Made by a program: the position numbers and the translations under genes
DNA from: Sphyrna mokarran
Taxonomy: Eukaryota
DNA length: 64,000 nt
NCBI GenBank assembly: GCA_024679065.1
Contig: JAGIQG010000004.1
Location: 40,424,001 to 40,488,000 of the forward strand
Direction: 5' to 3'
The notes under the pieces: generated by a model
Seen by the model: the letters and a program-made list of their open reading frames with translations, nothing else
Database searches by the model: none
Told to the model about the DNA's origin: nothing
Shown: positions 1 to 11,099 of the stretch, in pieces
How the letters are laid out: each line of letters begins with the position of its first letter
Numbering within the stretch: the stretch's first letter is position 1

Positions 1-88
1 ACACTAAATGAAACAATGTAAAAGTATGAAAATAGTATTGTCATTTGCTTGAAATTTCAGCTGTCAGATTGTTTCCCAAAGTCCACTC

Positions 89-1122
89 TGTGGCAGTTGC
101 TTTGGACAGACTGGACTACTGATCCAAATTACAGACAGGGGAGGGACAATTGGATGGTTCCCCCCTTTCTTTTACCTCTCAACTAAGGTGTGTTTAAAGA
201 AGTGTTTAATTCCTTTAATGCTGTGCCTCTCAAGGGCTGACACAAGGCAGATTTTCTCATAAGTTTAGAAAAATAAGGAAGAGTAAATGTTTATTTCATA
301 ACAACCAAATGTAATCACAACAGCACCCACTCACTCTCACATAGGGCAGACACATACAAGAAAAAAAAAACCATAAAAGAAACAGAATGCACTTAGGGTT
401 TTAAAGATTCCAAAAACTATAATATTGTCATTTGAGATGAAATAATATAATCACTATCATATTGTTATTCAAGATGGAAACTAGGAACATTGCTGGACAG
501 ATGATTTCTTTGGTTCAGTGAAAGAAATGGTGGGGGGTTGGGATGGGGGTAAAAGTTTCACAATGGCTTACACTTTTCAACAATAGTTTCTGGCTCTGCT
601 GCAGTTGAAGTTATATTTGTTGAGCCTCTGCAGTGAAGTTGGTTTGGTTCTGCACATCTGCAAGTAAAAGAGTAGCCCGCTATTTTGTTTGTTAGCAGAT
701 TACAGATGATGTCCTTTCTTTGCTGGTTATGATCTCTTACCTCTGAGGTTTCTTTGTCTCCAAGACTAACTGTGTGTTCTTATTATCATAAGCTGATTTA
801 TATCAGGTTACTGTCATAATAAGTACATTATACGGTTTCTTTATGGTGGTGGCTCACTGATGCAATCTTGAGGCTTGCATGTTTAAACATAAATACTTTT
901 GTTGGTAAGCTTTATTTATTTACAATTCCAAATATGGTCATGCAATGGTGTTGATCCCACCATGCTGTTAACTGCTTACAAAATGCTCTTCTAGACTGCT
1001 CCCTGACCACGTGACTACACACATTACACTGTGGATTGTGCCACTCTCCAGTCTCATGTTAATCCTTGTGCTGCTAAACATCTTTACATGATGATGAATG
1101 TCAGCACATATCATCATGTCCA
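89..1122 (-). mobile_element. Putative LTR (3' LTR-like block) of an LTR retroelement
   Basis: On the minus strand a purine tract GAAAAAGAAAAG (1134-1123) is followed directly by TG, and the block ends in ...GCCACA at 89. It is non-coding, with minus-strand AATAAA near 290 and TG-rich/T-rich tracts. No second LTR copy is present in the window to confirm it. Confidence 0.4.
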
Positions 1123-1329
1123 CTTTTCTTTTTCAAATGTTTTTCCTTCCTAACAGAAAATACAGTATAATATTTACTACTTATCACAATACAGCATGGT
1201 TTGCTGTTTTAATAGTTGGCCTGATACATATAAAGAAATGGTAGTAGTATTCAGTGTTTCTGATACTTAGGTCTTGTGATAAATTTTCTTCTATGCTAAC
1301 TGGATATTGTAATATGAAAATAACTTTTC

Positions 1330-2555
1330 ATGTTTCTCTCTTTAATTCATCTTTCGAAGATTTGACTATATTCTTTAGTTTTTGAGCAAAATTTTCTTAA
1401 GTTCTTATTCTATAACTCAGAACTTACCCTTCACAAACAATACTCGATTTCCAAAGTTTTTTTTAAAGGTAAGTTTATATTTGGCTCTTTTCCTTTCCAG
1501 TATTTCAATTCAGCATCTTGTCATTGACCATGTTTTCACATTGGTGCTTGAGCTTTTTCATTAGCATGAACATTTTGGCAATCTCGTTTCAGCATGTAAT
1601 CTTAGTTTCTTTCTGTGCCTGAAATGCTGATTCTGCTGTCAGTTTCAATATGTTTACCTCTAAGGATAATTTTTTCATTGTCAAGCTTCCCTTCTTCAAT
1701 TTCTTTCTGAAACACTGAATAGTTTCTTCACGTTCCTTGTTGCCACTTGACAGTTTTACATTCAATTGTCCTATCTCAGATTTTTTAGAATTGCATTGTT
1801 TAGTTTCACCCATGGAAACATACAAGATAGGAGCGGGAGGAGGCCATTTAGTCCTTTGAATCTGCTTAGCATTCATTGCAATCATGGCTGATCATCCAAC
1901 TCAATAGCCTAATCCTGTTTTTTCCTCATAATCTTTGATCCTATTTGCCTTAAGTGCCACATCCAGCTCCCTCTTGAATACATTCAATGTTTGGCATCAA
2001 CTACTTTCTGTGGTAATGAATTCCACAGGCTCACCACTCTTCGAGTGGAGAAATTTTTCTCATCCCCATCCTAAATGGTCTACCCTGAATCCTCAGACTG
2101 TGATCCCTGGTTCTGGACTCTGCCATCATCAGGAATATCCTCCCTACATCTAACCTGTCTGGTCCTGTTAGAAATTTTTAAGTCCCGATGAGATCTCCCC
2201 TAATTCATCTGAATTTCAGCAAAAACAATCCTAACGTAGTCAATCTCTCCTCATGAATCAGTCTTGCCACTCCCGGAATCAGCTGCACTCCCTCAAGAGC
2301 AAGAACATCCTTCTTCAGAAAAGGAGACCAATACTGCACACAATCAACCAAAACTGCATACAACCCAAAAGCTTATCTTAAAGCTTTAAGTCTCCAGATT
2401 CAATTATTCACAAGACATATTCTTATCTTCTAGTTACTTTTTCATAGAGTTCAGCTTATTCTTTACTGTCTTCATTAATTTCTCCTCCTTCTTAACATAA
2501 TCTGGTAAATTTCTGGAACTTCTTTTTTCTCCAAGTTTGCTGACAGCCAATTCAT
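1330..2555 (-). pseudogene. SYCP1: Decayed intronless SYCP1-like coiled-coil coding sequence, split by a CR1 at 1812-2362
   Basis: Manual minus-strand translation through stops and frameshifts gives V-KKEEKLMKTVKNKLNSMKK*LEDKN..E*LNLE..GETKQCN...LSLEVNILKLTAESAFQAQKETKITC*NEIAKMFMLMKKLKHQCENMVNDKDAELKYWKGKE...LKKTLEIE. This parallels mammalian SYCP1 as I recall it: ...LLEEVEKAKVIADEAVKLQKEIDKRCQHKIAEMVALMEKHKHQYDKIIEERDSELGLYKSKE...LRASLEIE. No introns are visible. Confidence 0.75.
1812..2362 (-). mobile_element. CR1 LINE 3' fragment inserted in the SYCP1-like sequence
   Basis: Typical CR1 3'UTR (GGAGGCCATTTAGTCC...ATCATGGCTGATC) and C-terminal ORF2 remnants. ACCC is duplicated at 1808-1811 and 2363-2366, and removing the insert rejoins the host reading (..DKLLGETKQ..). 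Confidence 0.85.
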
Positions 2556-3500
2556 CTTGTTGTTTTACTGTCTTCGTTAGGGCTTTTTGCTGATTTCTCT
2601 TCATGGTCAATACTTTCTAGTTTTACGTGGAAGTCTTTTGATGCCCTCTCTTTATGGTCTTTTGCTGTACTTCCTCTGGGGCTTTTCATTGCCCACTTCT
2701 TGGCATCTTTCATTGTCTCCTCTTTCAGATCTTTTGTTGCCTCTTCTTTGTAGTCTTCAGTTGCCTCATCTGATGTTTTCATTGACTGTTCATGGAGGTC
2801 TTTTTGTTGACTGTGGACCTTTGTCCCTTCTATCAGTGATCTTCTCCAACTTTCCTGTCCAGAGCTGATTGTTTAAGTGAATTCTCACTTTAAGAATAAT
2901 AATTGATTTTTTTCAAGCTATCTGCAGCAGTTGGCTTACTCTATGTTTTTCTTGTACTTTCAGCATTTTGGTGGGAATGTGGCTGCTCTTTTGAAACTTC
3001 TAAAAACTTCTCCATTTCAATAGGAAAGCCAATGCAGAAATCTCTGCTCTTTTTTTCCTTTTCTGCCACTTGGAAGCAATGCAGTGAATGAGGGTGGGCA
3101 ATTTAGTCAGATAATGCAGTGTTAAATGCTAAGGAACCTCTTTGAGGTCAGAAAGGAAACAATTTAAAGTGTTCAGATTCATTATTACTTGCAGCAGATA
3201 AGTGTTGGATATTTTAAAAATACCAAATTTTAATCTTTTAATTTTTGATCTTGCTTTATCTTTGCATTTCTTCCTTATTTTGTCTTTTAATTCAATCTTT
3301 ATTTTCTTTTCTGTCATTTTTCCTTCACCTGATTTGATGCTAATTCCCTCATTCTTATTTACCCTCTTTCATCATCAAAGAGATTTATTAGCTTTCAGTG
3401 GATGTCTCTTGTCCAATGAAATTTCCAAAAATTGGCCAATGGCACACAGTGGTAAGGAACACCAATATAAGATTGTACTTTATTCTTAAACTTATAGGCA
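2556..3500 (-). pseudogene. Decayed K/E-rich N-terminal extension of the SYCP1-like ORF, with degenerate 8-aa repeats
   Basis: Minus-strand frames read KDLHEQSM/KTSDEAT/EDYKEEAT/KDLKEETM/KDAKKWAM/KSPRGSTA/KDHKERAS/KDFHVKLE, plus upstream K-rich stretches (3129-3317). Strand and codon bias match the downstream SYCP1-like part, with scattered stops. Confidence 0.5.
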
Positions 3501-4161
3501 TTCTGAATCTATAGTTTGAATTGATGCATGGCACTTGACCTCTATGGCCAGTTTTCAAGCCTGAACTATTTTCAGCAATATTTATATCTAATAACTGACA
3601 ATTATTGGCATAACTATTGCCATTATTCCTTAAATTTTCTTCTGGCATGCCCTAGATATTATTTAGGCTCTTTGTTGTCTCATTTGGGGTCCACAGAATC
3701 CCCAGTGCCTACATGCAGTTGCTTTGGCTTTTCTCCTCTCTTGCTATTTTTTTTAAAACAAGGACACGTCACAATCAGCCTTGAAAATTTATGCTGGCAT
3801 GTGGGTTTATATCTCATATGATCTGGAAATAGTTAATGTTGAAATGGAAAATGTCTTCCATTAGCAATTTCAAAATCTAGGCTGAGAGATGAGCCGAATG
3901 CAGGAATCAAGCCAACTTGACTATTCTGAGAAACATTTGTCTTCCCATATCGCATTTGTATCTGTAAATCTGAATACATTAGACAGGCTCTTAAAACATA
4001 AAATATGTGCGCTATTATATCCCAATGAAGATCTAATCACTCAGGTGGATTTTCAGGGAGATAAAGAAAATATGGTTAGAACTATGGTTTAAATAGAGTT
4101 CACACAATTTTAAAATGTACATTGTTAATAGCATGAAGAATCTTAATTACTAAAAAACAAT

Positions 4162-4284
4162 GGGGGGACATTTCCCGTCCCATCCACCACGGGAACTATA
4201 GCAGGTGGAGGTGGACCAAGCAAGGGTCCGCTGACCTTAGGCAGGATATGGCCTTGGGGCGAGCATGGCCAGAAAATCCTGTCC
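4162..4284. mobile_element. Short MITE-like element (GGG..ATTTTC/GAAAAT..CC termini)
   Basis: Imperfect terminal inverted repeats. The internal sequence is shared with 7885-7997 and 13234-13336. Confidence 0.6.
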
Positions 4285-4699
4285 AACCTCGCTAGCACTA
4301 AAAATTAACTTGCAGAATGTGGAGTCTCATTCTTTTAGATTTTAATTATTTATGAAGTTTTTTTTAAAAAAAACAGCTGAGAGTAATTATTTTATTTTTG
4401 CTGCTCCTTTTTCTGTCTCTGTTTTTAATCTAATCAGTCTTCCCCTCTCTTTATTTTGCTCTCTGAATCCGATTTGGCATTTCATTAAATATTCCAAATA
4501 GCACTTCCTGATTCAGATTTGATGCTGAATTAGTGATTCATATGATTGGCTATGAAGGCACACAAGCTTGCTCTGTTGACATCGGCCTAGATGCTCTATA
4601 GGGTGTATTCTTTCTTTCTTGGTCGTTGTTTGGAAATGCCAGTACAAAGTAGCCAACAACCATTTGGCCCATTGGGTCCATAATGTCTACACAGAAAGA

Positions 4700-4835
4700 C
4701 TGTGCAGCGTAATGGGAAAAGGAAGAGGAATGGCACTAAGTCATGATGCTCATTTGGAGAGCTGGTGCAGACACGGTGGGCCAAATAGTATAAAATTTAT
4801 GCACTCTCTGCACTGTAACAGTTATGTGATTCTGA
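4700..4835 (+). mobile_element. CR1 LINE 3' tail fragment
   Basis: GAGAGCTGGTGCAGACACGGTGGGCCAAAT...CTGCACTGTAAC..TGTGATTCTG, the typical shark CR1 3' end. Confidence 0.7.
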
Positions 4836-4882
4836 GCTGTCACATTGATGATATTTCCAGTTTAGAACTTCATAATACAATA

Positions 4883-5190
4883 GGGTGGCATAGTGACACA
4901 GCGGTTGGCAGTGCTGTCTCATAGCGCCAGAAGTCCGGGTTCGTTTCCAGTCTTGGGTGACTGTCTGTGTGGAGTTTGTACGTTCTCCCCGTATCTGTGT
5001 GGGTTTCCTCTGGGTGCACTGATTTCCTCCTACACTCCAAAGATGTGTAGGTTAGGTGGATTGGTTATGATCAATGCATGAGACTACTGAGTTAGGTTAA
5101 GGAATTGGATCAAAGTAGGGTGCTTCTTCAGATGCAGACTCAATGGGCCGAATGACCTCTTCTGCACTATAAGGCTTATATTCTATTACC
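4883..5190 (+). mobile_element. tRNA-derived V-SINE (HE1-like) with CR1-type tail
   Basis: A/B-box-like head (GGCATAGTGACACAGCGG...GGTTCGTTTCC), V-domain (GTGTGGAGTTTGTACGTTCTCCCCGTATCTGTGTGGGTTTCC) and a CR1-like tail (ATGGGCCGAATGACCTCTTCTGCACT). Confidence 0.9.
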
Positions 5191-6841
5191 TTCCAGCGTA
5201 CAGTATATAAAAAATATTTGAAGTAACTATGAAATAAACATAAAGATGACAATATTTTTAAAAAACTCAACAATTCTGAACAAATGAGATCTGAATTTAA
5301 TGAAAGTGATGAAAAGGATTAGCTAAACTCCATGCTAGAGGCAATTTTTTCCAAAAACAACAGTTTGCAGGATTTTCTAGTAAGTTCCTGAAAGAAACAT
5401 CATGTGTGGATTTATAAGCCATACAGTAAAAGGGAGAAGGATGTGTATCAAGTACTTTGCAGCTTCACTATATGAATATTCATGTGAGACTTTTAAATTT
5501 TATACGGTTGATATCTAAGAATATTTCATATTCTGTATTGTTTACACAAAAGGATTGATCAATCACTAACAAATATGCAATTTACATGTAGATTACCTTC
5601 AGCAATAAGTCATTTAATATCATGATGTAGCCTCAAGAAAAGGTAGCAACATTCTGAGAACTCTGCCAGCAACCAACACTTTGAACTCTTTTTAATTACT
5701 GTTTGTAAATTAAATATATTCCCTGCAGCAAGATTTCTACAATTAGCATTGCTACTAAAGAATTCCAAATTAATATACAACAAAATCCAGATCACAGCTT
5801 CCCATAATATGTTCTGAATAACTAAAACAGGTTGCTCAATACAAATTATTTTAAATCTGCTACTTATGAAATACTGGGCCCAATGTTATTAATTTGCACT
5901 GCAAGTTTGAAGAATATACAATGCAAGGAACTTCTGTTGGACCTATCAATAATATCCTTAACACAACAGATAAATAATCTAGTAAGATTTCCAGTGAGCT
6001 AATGCTTCAAGGCAAGGATTTTATTTGTTTTAAGGCACAGAAGCAGTTCCCAAAAGCTATGAATGGTTGTGATATGTTTTTACTGTCTTAGCTTGACATT
6101 CTTCCAAGAAAACGAGTAAGATGTGTTTTAAATGAATTAGTGACACAAACAAATAGGTCTAGTACTTTAACCCTTCACATCAATCTATCCAAAAATCAGG
6201 CAAACATTTCCTGAATGCATTTCTGCATGTTATTGCAAGCTCCTGAGGATAATATACCACCATGAAGCAATACAAAATGTATTTATAAATTGTGCAACTA
6301 ACATTGAGTCAGGGAGCAATGGATTTCCAGTGGTTACTTTGAGAATACAATTTAATCCTAAATACTACGATGTGTGTAGCAAACATGGGCTTGAATGATC
6401 AGATATGATACTTTGAACCTCAAATACACCAATCCAAGGATTACATCATGAATAAATTGGATACAATTTCTTTCAAGTTCGCCAATTTATTTGAACTTTG
6501 TCCTAAGAACATACTTCTGATAGTGTAGATGAAAGGAACAAATCAAAGGATGGACGTATACAGTAAAAGAGATTATACCCAAAAATGTGGTGACATTGGT
6601 GTGTTCATATGTGTTTATTTAGTAGTTTAGGTTATGGCTTTGTCATTGAAAACCTGGTGTACAACTCTTCTTAATTGCAAAGATGTTTTAGCAAAGGTAT
6701 CTGCAGGGTCGTTGATATACAGTGGTTTTCCCCTCCACCAGTTTCATGAAGTTTATTTTTAGATGAAAATGGCTAACAATGATGATCATGTAGGGCTCTT
6801 ATATAACTTACCTCCTAATCCTTTCTGGCATCTATTCCCAG

Positions 6842-7670
6842 AATGGTGACAGCACAGGAGCCATTTGTCCCATTGGATCTGTGCATGTCTCCAAAAGGGC
6901 AACTATCTAGTGCTATTATTCCACTTCCTCCCTGTAGTTCTGAACACTTTTCCTTTTCAGAAAATATTCCAATTCTCTCTCCAATGTCTTAATTGAACTT
7001 GCCTTCATCACCTCACAGATGGCATATTCCAGATACTAATCATTCACTGCATAGAAAAGTATCTCTACATGGCTCAACTGTTTATTTGATCAATTCGTTT
7101 AAATCTGGGCTCCCCTGTTCTTGATCCTTCCATCGATGGGAACATCTGGAGCTCAATCTATTCTGTCAAGTTCCCTTGTAATTTTGAATATCTCCCATCA
7201 AATCTCCTCTCAATATTGTCTTTTCCAAGGAAAACAATCCCAACCTCTTCAATCTGTCTACGTAACTGAAGTTCCTCATCCCTGGAACCATTCTTGCAAA
7301 CTTTTCTACACTGATTAATGGACTCACATGTTTCCTGCACTGTGGCAAGCAGAAATGGATGCAATACTCCAGTTGAGGCTGAACCAGGGTCTTCTACAAA
7401 TTTTATATTATTTCCTTGCTTTTGCATCCCATGACCCTATTAATAAAGCCTAGGTTGCTCTATGCTTTATTCATCATTCACTCAACTCATTTGCCACCTT
7501 CACTGATTTAGGCACATCTATACCCAGGCCCTTCTGCTCCTGCACCTGCTTGAGCATTGCACACTTTAGTTTATATTGTCTCTGTGTTCTTCCTACCAAA
7601 ATGAATCAGTTCACACTTTTCTGAATTAAGTTTCATCTGCCACCTGCCAGCCCATTCCAACTTATCCAAT
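6842..7670 (-). mobile_element. CR1 LINE 3' fragment
   Basis: ORF pieces RMVPGMRNFSYVDRLKRLGLFSLEK..RGDL and WAGRWQMKLNSEKCELIHFGRKN, plus the CR1 3'UTR at 6842-6900. Confidence 0.9.
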
Positions 7671-7759
7671 GCACAACATGAGGAAGCTGGCGTGAAACAT
7701 GAATGCGAGGAGCCAGGGCAGAGCCCAAGCGAGCCAAAGCAGGGTCCACTGATGTTTGA

Positions 7760-8425
7760 GTGAGTGAGTTGAGACTTTGAAAGAGCGATGGGAAAAAGTA
7801 CGAGAGTTGAGAAGAGAAAGTGTGAGGGGGAGAAAAAGAGAGTACGCGTGAGCAAGGAGAGAGTGAGCAGAAAAGGGAGATTCTGGGAGGAATTTTCTCG
7901 TTATGCCTGCCACAGGAATTGTAGGGGGTGAGGGTGAACCATAGAAAGGTCCATTGATTTTCCGGTTTTGGGCAAGCATGGCTGGAAAATCTCTCCCTCT
8001 ACATGCGGGGGAAAGAATGTGAGAGAAGAATGAGTGGAGAGAGAGAGAGTGTGTGAGGGGGACAGAGAGAGTGTATGAGTAAAGGTAAGAGGGGATTGAG
8101 AATGAGAGGAAAGGGAGAGAGTGTGCAAGGGGGAGAGAGAGAGAGAGAGAGAGAATGTGAAGGGGAGAGAGAGATTGTGAAGGAAGTGAGATTGTGTGTC
8201 AGCGAGAGAGAGAGAATGTGTGAGAGAGGAAGAGAATGTGTGTTGGGGAGGAGAGAGAATGAGTTTATGAGAAGGAGAGAGTCAGTGTGGGAGGAGAGAC
8301 AGAAACAGGAAGGGAGGTAAGCATGTGTGGGGGAAAGAGAGAGAATGTGGATGTGTGAGGGGCAGAGAGAGTGAGGATGTGTAAGGGGAAAGAGAGACTG
8401 AGAGTTTGTGAGGAGAGAGTGAGAA
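7760..8425. repeat. Degenerate (GA)n/(GT)n purine-rich low-complexity tract
   Basis: Long runs of GAGAGA, GTGTGA and GAGAATGTG are visible directly. Confidence 0.9.
7885..7997. mobile_element. MITE, probably PIF/Harbinger-type
   Basis: TIRs GGGAGGAATTTTC / GAAAATCTCTCCC, flanked on both sides by the 3-bp sequence TCT. Confidence 0.7.
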
Positions 8426-9129
8426 TCAAGGATTAGCTTATATGTTTCATCCCTTCCCTCCTCAGGATTGTGTTGTCTTCACAGTTGCTTTAACTGTCGA
8501 TTCCCTGATTGTATTAAAATGGCATCCAACTTCTAATTTACCTCTGAAGTCTGCTTTTCCACTTTAAATTTGATTACTGCAGTGGTCTCTTTAATTCGGC
8601 ACTCTTCTCAGCTTGTCTGTCTTTACTGAACAGTTCTCTGTTCTAGTACCACTAACCTTCTTAAAAATATTATTTTTGTCCCAATTCCTTTGTTATTTGG
8701 ACCACAACTGATTCTTTGGATAGTCTATTTTTGCAGCTCTCTTGTCCTGCCCACTTTTGCTCAAAATGGCAAAACTGAGAGATGTTCACTCCCCAGTGAT
8801 CTATCCAAAACTAAATTCAAAAAGCCTTTCTACCTTAAAGGGACCCTAGTTGCTAAGCTATGACCACATGCTTCTGCTAGTTTTATTAGTTTTTCATACT
8901 GTTACCCTCTCTAAGCACAATAAAAGCACAGTTGCAACTGAACCAACTCCCACATATACAAACACCATGCATACAAACACCTTTGTCCAGCATGAATCTA
9001 AGTACAGGTTTAGCCTGTCATGAACAGAAACATTAGAATAAACTCAATTAAAACTATTCCTTTTTTCTAATGTTAATCGATATAAATATAAATCTGTTAA
9101 AATGACTTTTGTTTCCCAACATAAAGATA

Positions 9130-9490
9130 TAGCAGAGGGGGACGACGATTGAGGGTCAAGGCCGCCGATTGGGGATCTGGACCAGCAATTGGGTATGGTG
9201 GTCTGGAGTGATCGGGAGGCCAGCAATATCTTGGGGCAAAGAAGGGGGTGGTCTGGGCCGATGATCGGGAGCCGACGAATGGGGGAAGGATCTCAACCGA
9301 TCTCCCAAACTACTAGAAAAATGGCATAAGCCTGATGGCCCCCTGCTCATTCTGCTGCCAGCCTGTCCAGCAGGAATAGGCTCTGCCCTCTCCTCCCATT
9401 GGTGTGAATTGTCTGATGACCTCTGCATTGCACAGAGTGTCGTAAATTCATGAAACTCAGCTCGCCAACAAAACCTCCCATTTTCCCACT
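9130..9490 (-). mobile_element. Fragment of a GC-rich non-autonomous DNA transposon family (also at 11100-12205 and 53505-55265)
   Basis: Shares CTCTGCATTGCACAGAGTG..CATGAAACTCAGCTC with 55223-55265, and has GATCGGG-rich internal repeats. Confidence 0.55.
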
Positions 9491-10298
9491 CACTGAACAC
9501 ATAGAATTTACAGGACAAACAATGCATCTGCAACTTGCTTGAGGCACTTGTATGTTGCTGATAATTGATGTGGCCATTCCCTGAAATAGTCTTGAAGGGA
9601 CTGGAGACAGCCAAAAATTCAGTATCATGGTAACTATGTACGGACAATGAAGACAGTGTCATTCTTTTTGGTTGTAGGTTAGAATTCAGTATGTGGTCTT
9701 TGCCCCACTGTGAATTGCATTGCCCAGGGACATTCCCAAATATGCAATGCATGTTTAAACACTTGAATGAAAATGGTTTAAGTTCAGCTCAGATGTAACA
9801 GAACTTGATTCCTATCCCTTCTCTCATCTCTTTGTCATCCTTCAAAAATAAAACTACAGAAGAAAATCCATGTCGATTCTATAATTCAGAATTCAGACTG
9901 CAAAATATTTGCTGTGGAACTCACATTCAGAAAGGGTCAAAAGAGGTTTTTAATTATCCATCTTCTACTGGCTGAGGTTATCCATGAGGCTCCGCCTTCT
10001 AAACTGTGCCTCTGTGTGAAGTCTGATGTCCCTTAGGTTAATTACCACCAGTCAGCTTTCTCTCAAGAGGAGGAGCAGCCTATAGTCCTCTGATACCATG
10101 ACGACATTTCATTTTTCACTAGAGAACTGAACATATCGCAAATTTCTAAAACAAACTGGAAAACACCACTAACACTCAACTTCCTTCTCATTATTTTCAT
10201 CAACCGGAACATCCTGCATACTTTGAATGGAACCTGGTGAAATGTATTCTCACTTGACTTTCCAACTCCGAGGGTTGATTCCACGTATTGGAAAACAC

Positions 10299-10598
10299 AC
10301 GGCATGGTAGCATAGTGGTTAGCACTGCTGCCTCAGCGCCAGGGGCCAGTGTTCGGTTCACCGCTTGGGCCACAGTCTGTGGAGGGTCTGCACATTCTCT
10401 CCATTTCTGCGTGGATTTCCTCCAGTTGTCCAGTTTCTTCCCAGAATATGAACAGACATGTTGATTAGGTGCATCAGCCATGCTAAATTCTCCCTCAGTG
10501 TGCCCGAACAAGCACTGGAGCAACTAGGGAATTTTCACAGTGACTTCATTGCAGTGTTAATGTAAGACTACTTGTGACACTAATAAATAAAATAAAAT
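10299..10598 (+). mobile_element. V-SINE with non-CR1 tail
   Basis: tRNA-like head and V-domain as at 4883, but the tail is CTAGGGAATTTTCACAGTGAC...GTGACACTAATAAATAAAATAAAA. Confidence 0.9.
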
Positions 10599-11099
10599 GC
10601 CTCAAAGCTGTCTGTCATACCTTCTTCTCTCAACCAGTAGATGTTCCTTAAATGTTTTTGTAAATAATCCTCATGGATATGGTTTGCCGCACCAATACTA
10701 ATATAATTTCATGAACAGCCCAGTAACTCCAGACTGACAAGGACCAGCATATTGAATCCACATTTAAATCCTTGCCCATTTAACAAGATTATGCACTGAT
10801 TATTTTAAGAACACGAGATTACAGATAGATTGATGATTAGAACAGAAAGGGAAAAGCGCTGCAATTTTATCATCATACTATTTTAAAATAAAGCAGTTAA
10901 TTTAGCAACTGGTTCTAAAATCTTTTGAAGCAGTGGAAAAAAAAATCTTGGCCAAGGCTTCATTAATTGAGCAGCTCAAACTTGTTATTAGGCTCAAAAT
11001 CTTTCTACAAAATGAAGAACCATTAGTAGACAGTAAAACAGTTGTTTCAGTTTCCCTGTTTTCTTAAAACTTTCATGGAAAATAACTTTGTAAAATTAT

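Noticed and set aside
1330-2555. The functional SYCP1 locus
   Set aside because: No introns, multiple stops and frameshifts, a CR1 insertion and a non-SYCP1 N-terminal part.
2587-3489. Hydrophobic plus-strand ORFs resembling membrane proteins
   Set aside because: They are antisense shadows of the K/E-rich minus-strand sequence.
4883-4960. tRNA gene (also at other SINE heads)
   Set aside because: A/B-box-like motifs run straight into the V-SINE core and there is no complete cloverleaf.
7901-8320. ORFs rich in E/R or S/H/T/L
   Set aside because: Translations of GA/GT microsatellite-like DNA; the same applies to 17643-18245 and 59194-59590.
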